Below are positions 61,341 through 64,000 of a DNA stretch of 64,000 nt, piece by piece. A program made the position numbers and the translations under genes. Numbering within the stretch: the first letter of the stretch is position 1; every line of letters starts with the position of its first letter. The stretch lies in NCBI GenBank assembly GCA_950097015.1, contig CATNEN010000010.1:1054001-1118000 (forward strand), written 5' to 3'. The notes under the pieces are model-generated. The model did no database searches. It was not told the DNA's origin and saw only the letters and a list, made by a program, of their open reading frames with translations. The stretch is from Macrostomum hystrix. Taxonomy: Eukaryota; Animalia; Platyhelminthes.

Positions 61341-61935
61341 TAATAAAGAAATAAAGCAAGGAAAAACACGGAACAGAGGCAAATGCGTGCATTAGGCCTA
61401 GTAACAATTTGAATGTCCGAAACAAAAAACTGAAAATTGAAAAATACAGAAACTCAGACGCAAAATGATTGCTCACATGATAAGTACTGTAATTTAAAGT
61501 ACAGTCTGTGATTAAAAAAAGCATGTTGAACTGCAGGAGGCAACACGATAAAATCCTCACACAGATTTAAGAACTGAACTCGATCGGAATTGCCGCGCCT
61601 GAAAAAAGTACAGTTGGGTATAAGAAACCTGCACCGGCTGTTCTAATCCAGACAGGAATATGTAATGAAATAACGAAGGGAATAGGCTTCACTTCAGATT
61701 AGGGATTAGGGGTAAAGGATTAATCCGAGATTAAAAAAACAGGGATTAGAGATTAACAGAAGATTCGAGAGAGTAGGAATAAGGGATTAAGATGATATCT
61801 GAATATGGAGATCAGTTTTTATGTAAGGATTTAAATATGAGGGTCAAGTCCCGACCTCACAGAAACTTTGATTCCCATTTTAAAAGCAAATTCAGCCAGT
61901 CAGTGCTTAATTTTATCCTTCACTGCCTCTCATTG

Positions 61936-62700
61936 TCAGCCGGAAATTTCAGAGGCCGCCTCGGCGTCCAACAGGAAGAACAGCCGGCCGGCTGCCGGCC
62001 GCACAAGCGACGCTGGCGTCCGCGTGCTCGGTGGCGGCGGCGACCCGGCGGCATCGTTGTCGCCGCTGCGCCGGCCCAAGATTCGAGCCGCGGCGGCCGC
62101 CTTGCCTCGGCCGGCCAGGGCGAAGATGACAACGCCGGCGCGGTTAATGAGCGGCAGGGTGCAGGTGACGCGAGTCGGCGGCGGCTTGGGCGAGTCGAGC
62201 ACCGCGGCAATGCCGGGCCGCTGCTCGCTGAGGGCGATGTGGTCGGGGAACAGAGAGCAGGTGTGGCCGTCAGGGCCCAGGCCGAGCAACATGAGGTCGG
62301 GACCGTCGTCCAGGATGCCAGCCGACCGCAGCTGATCCTCGTAATCTTTCGCGGCCGCCTCCGGCGTCAGGCTGGCGTCGACAATTAGAACTTTGGCGGC
62401 GGAGGCGCCGACGCCACTGTCCGCCGACAGGAAGGTGCGGGCGAACTGTGCGTGGGTTCGCTCCGGATCGTCCATCCCAACCAGGCGCTCGTCGCAGTAG
62501 AACAGGGTGACGCGGGTCCAGTCGATGACGGCGCTGGCGAGGCCACGCGTCAGGAAGTCGACCAGGCTGCCGCCGGACAGGCCAACGGAGCAACGACCGC
62601 GCCGGTCCACACAGTCGCCGATGACGGAGGTGACGAGGTCGGCCAGGGCGGGCACGAGCTGCGCCTCGCTCGGGTAGACGAAAACACGCTTGTCGGGCTG
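61936..62700 (-). CDS. PGLS: 6-phosphogluconolactonase (main exon; the short first exon was not located)
   Basis: Motifs GLSGGSL, LFYCDERLV, DLMLLGLGPDGHTCSLFP, DSPKPPPTRVTCTLPLINRA and FFLLDAEAA. Acceptor CCTTCCTTCCAG at 62701. Confidence 0.9.
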   Translation of the reverse strand, partial: QPDKRVFVYPSEAQLVPALADLVTSVIGDCVDRRGRCSVGLSGGSLVDFLTRGLASAVIDWTRVTLFYCDERLVGMDDPERTHAQFARTFLSADSGVGASAAKVLIVDASLTPEAAAKDYEDQLRSAGILDDGPDLMLLGLGPDGHTCSLFPDHIALSEQRPGIAAVLDSPKPPPTRVTCTLPLINRAGVVIFALAGRGKAAAAARILGRRSGDNDAAGSPPPPSTRTPASLVRPAAGRLFFLLDAEAASEISG

Positions 62701-62714
62701 CTGGAAGGAAGGCA

Positions 62715-63075
62715 AGCAGGAACAAGTACCTCAGTATTGGGCAGCAGGAACAAAGACATCAGTATTGGGCAGCAGGAACAAGTACCTCAGTATTGGGCAG
62801 CAGGAACAAGTACCTCAGTATTGGGCAGCAGGAACAAAGACCTCAGTATTGGGCAGCAGGAACAAAGACCTCAGTATTGGGCAGCAGGAACAAGTACCTC
62901 AGTATTGGGCAGCAGGAACAAAGACCTCAGTATTGGGCAGAAGGAACAAGTACCTCAGTATTGGGCAGCAGGAACAAAGACCTCAGTATTGGGCAGCAGG
63001 AACAAAGGCATCAGTGTTAGGCAGAAGGAACAAAGGCATCAGTATAGGGCAGCAGGAACAAAGACCTAAGTATTG
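62715..63075. repeat. 28-bp tandem repeat, ~12 copies, in the intron upstream of the PGLS main exon
   Basis: Unit CAGTATTGGGCAGCAGGAACAA(GT/AG)ACCT. Confidence 0.93.
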
Positions 63076-63850
63076 TGCAGAAAGAGCAAAGAGCTCACTA
63101 TTGGGTAGAAGGAACAAGGGCCTCACTATCTGCAAGAACAAAGAACCACAAAAACAAAACTGAAAACGGTATGGCCTAAAACTAAACAGAGACAGTCTGC
63201 TGGTCTCATAATTGGTTTATTTTTTTGCGCAGCACATAATCTATTACTCACAGTAGTGAGTGGTAAGACATGCGACTAAATTTACCCGGATAACAATCAA
63301 CAGTGACTGGTGGGGCTGAAGAAACAAAAAATAGATCAGGCTCAGCAGACGGCCGCCAGCCTACAGTATAACTAAAGGTTGGGCGGGAAGCCTAGGAAGA
63401 GATGAACAATTTTACACGGCAAACTAAACTACAAAAAGAAATTTGAATTTAACAATAGTTAACAATTCGTTTTCTTCACTTAAAAAGTAACCAACCACAC
63501 AACTATGAGGGCTGAAAGATTAGAAGGAACTGACGTTGGGCGGTACCAGAAATGTTCGAGCTAAAGTTTAAGGCGAAATCGGGCGCACAGTGTCTGGCTC
63601 ATGAGTTCCTCTTAAAGTCTTCAGTAGTGAGCCCAAATCTCAGTCCTTCTTTTTCTCTCCTTCGTGCTCCTTGGCGCTCAGGTCGTTCATGCGAGCCTTG
63701 TGCCGCTGGATGGCCTCCAGGTGGCGCACGATCTCCTTCTCGTGATGGTCCACCTGCGGGTGGGGCACGGCTGCCCACAGTCAGCGGATTCGAACCCATG
63801 ACCACTCACTGAGACAATGCTAATTTAAAACTGATGAAAATAAATAGTAG

Positions 63851-64000
63851 ATCTCAAACTGAGGACAATGAGGAGCTTGTCTCAAACTGAGGACAATGAG
63901 GAGCTGGTCTCAAACTGAGGACAATGAGGAGCAGATTTCAAACTGAGGACAATGAGGACCTGGTCTCAAACTGAGGACAATGAGGAGCAGATTTCAAACT
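63851..64000. repeat. 28-bp tandem repeat (TCTCAAACTGAGGACAATGAGGAGCTTG), >=5 copies, runs off the window
   Basis: Direct reading. Confidence 0.92.

Noticed and set aside
60250-61382. Mucin-like 348-aa ORF (STASPESMLTQ)n and two antisense ORFs
   Set aside because: A 33-bp repeat lacking stops by chance. No signal peptide or convincing exon boundaries were seen. It cannot be fully excluded as an exon without RNA data.
61695-61795. GATTAGGGATTAGGG telomere-like stretch
   Set aside because: Only two near-units followed by degenerate purine-rich sequence, so not an interstitial telomere array.
50609-62725. Numerous 60-200-aa antisense and alternate-frame ORFs over AACS, MCT and PGLS
   Set aside because: These are expected shadows of GC-rich coding exons that have few stop codons.
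63775-63812. tRNA-like B box (GGTTCGAATCC, minus strand); similar A/B-box remnant at ~14045-14110
   Set aside because: No complete cloverleaf can be built; these are most likely SINE-head fragments, not tRNA genes.

Overview
Eukaryotic, intron-containing animal DNA. The high satellite load, short introns and GC-rich housekeeping exons resemble a free-living flatworm such as Macrostomum, but this taxon is an inference only. Positions 1-40.8 kb hold a tandem cluster of six KY/hillarin-type transglutaminase-like cysteine peptidase paralogs (here Z, A, B, C, D, E) plus leftover fragments. All six start MGCxxS and share exon phases; two have lost the catalytic Cys. Embedded in the cluster are a decayed Cys-loop ion channel, a Crypton (tyrosine-recombinase) transposon, an internally deleted Ty3/Gypsy element, a solo LTR, 60-64 bp hAT-type MITEs, a tRNA-derived SINE family (4 copies in the window) and several satellites. 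The cluster also contains a spliced ~1053-aa gene that the ORF track splits into pieces, with architecture RRM-RRM-TPR-[HEPN-like]; this is the most unusual item in the window. The right part has acetoacetyl-CoA synthetase, an ankyrin-repeat protein with a DSGxxS degron and death-domain-like tail (IkB/p105-like), an SLC16 monocarboxylate transporter and 6-phosphogluconolactonase. All domain calls come from motif recognition by eye; no database searches were run.
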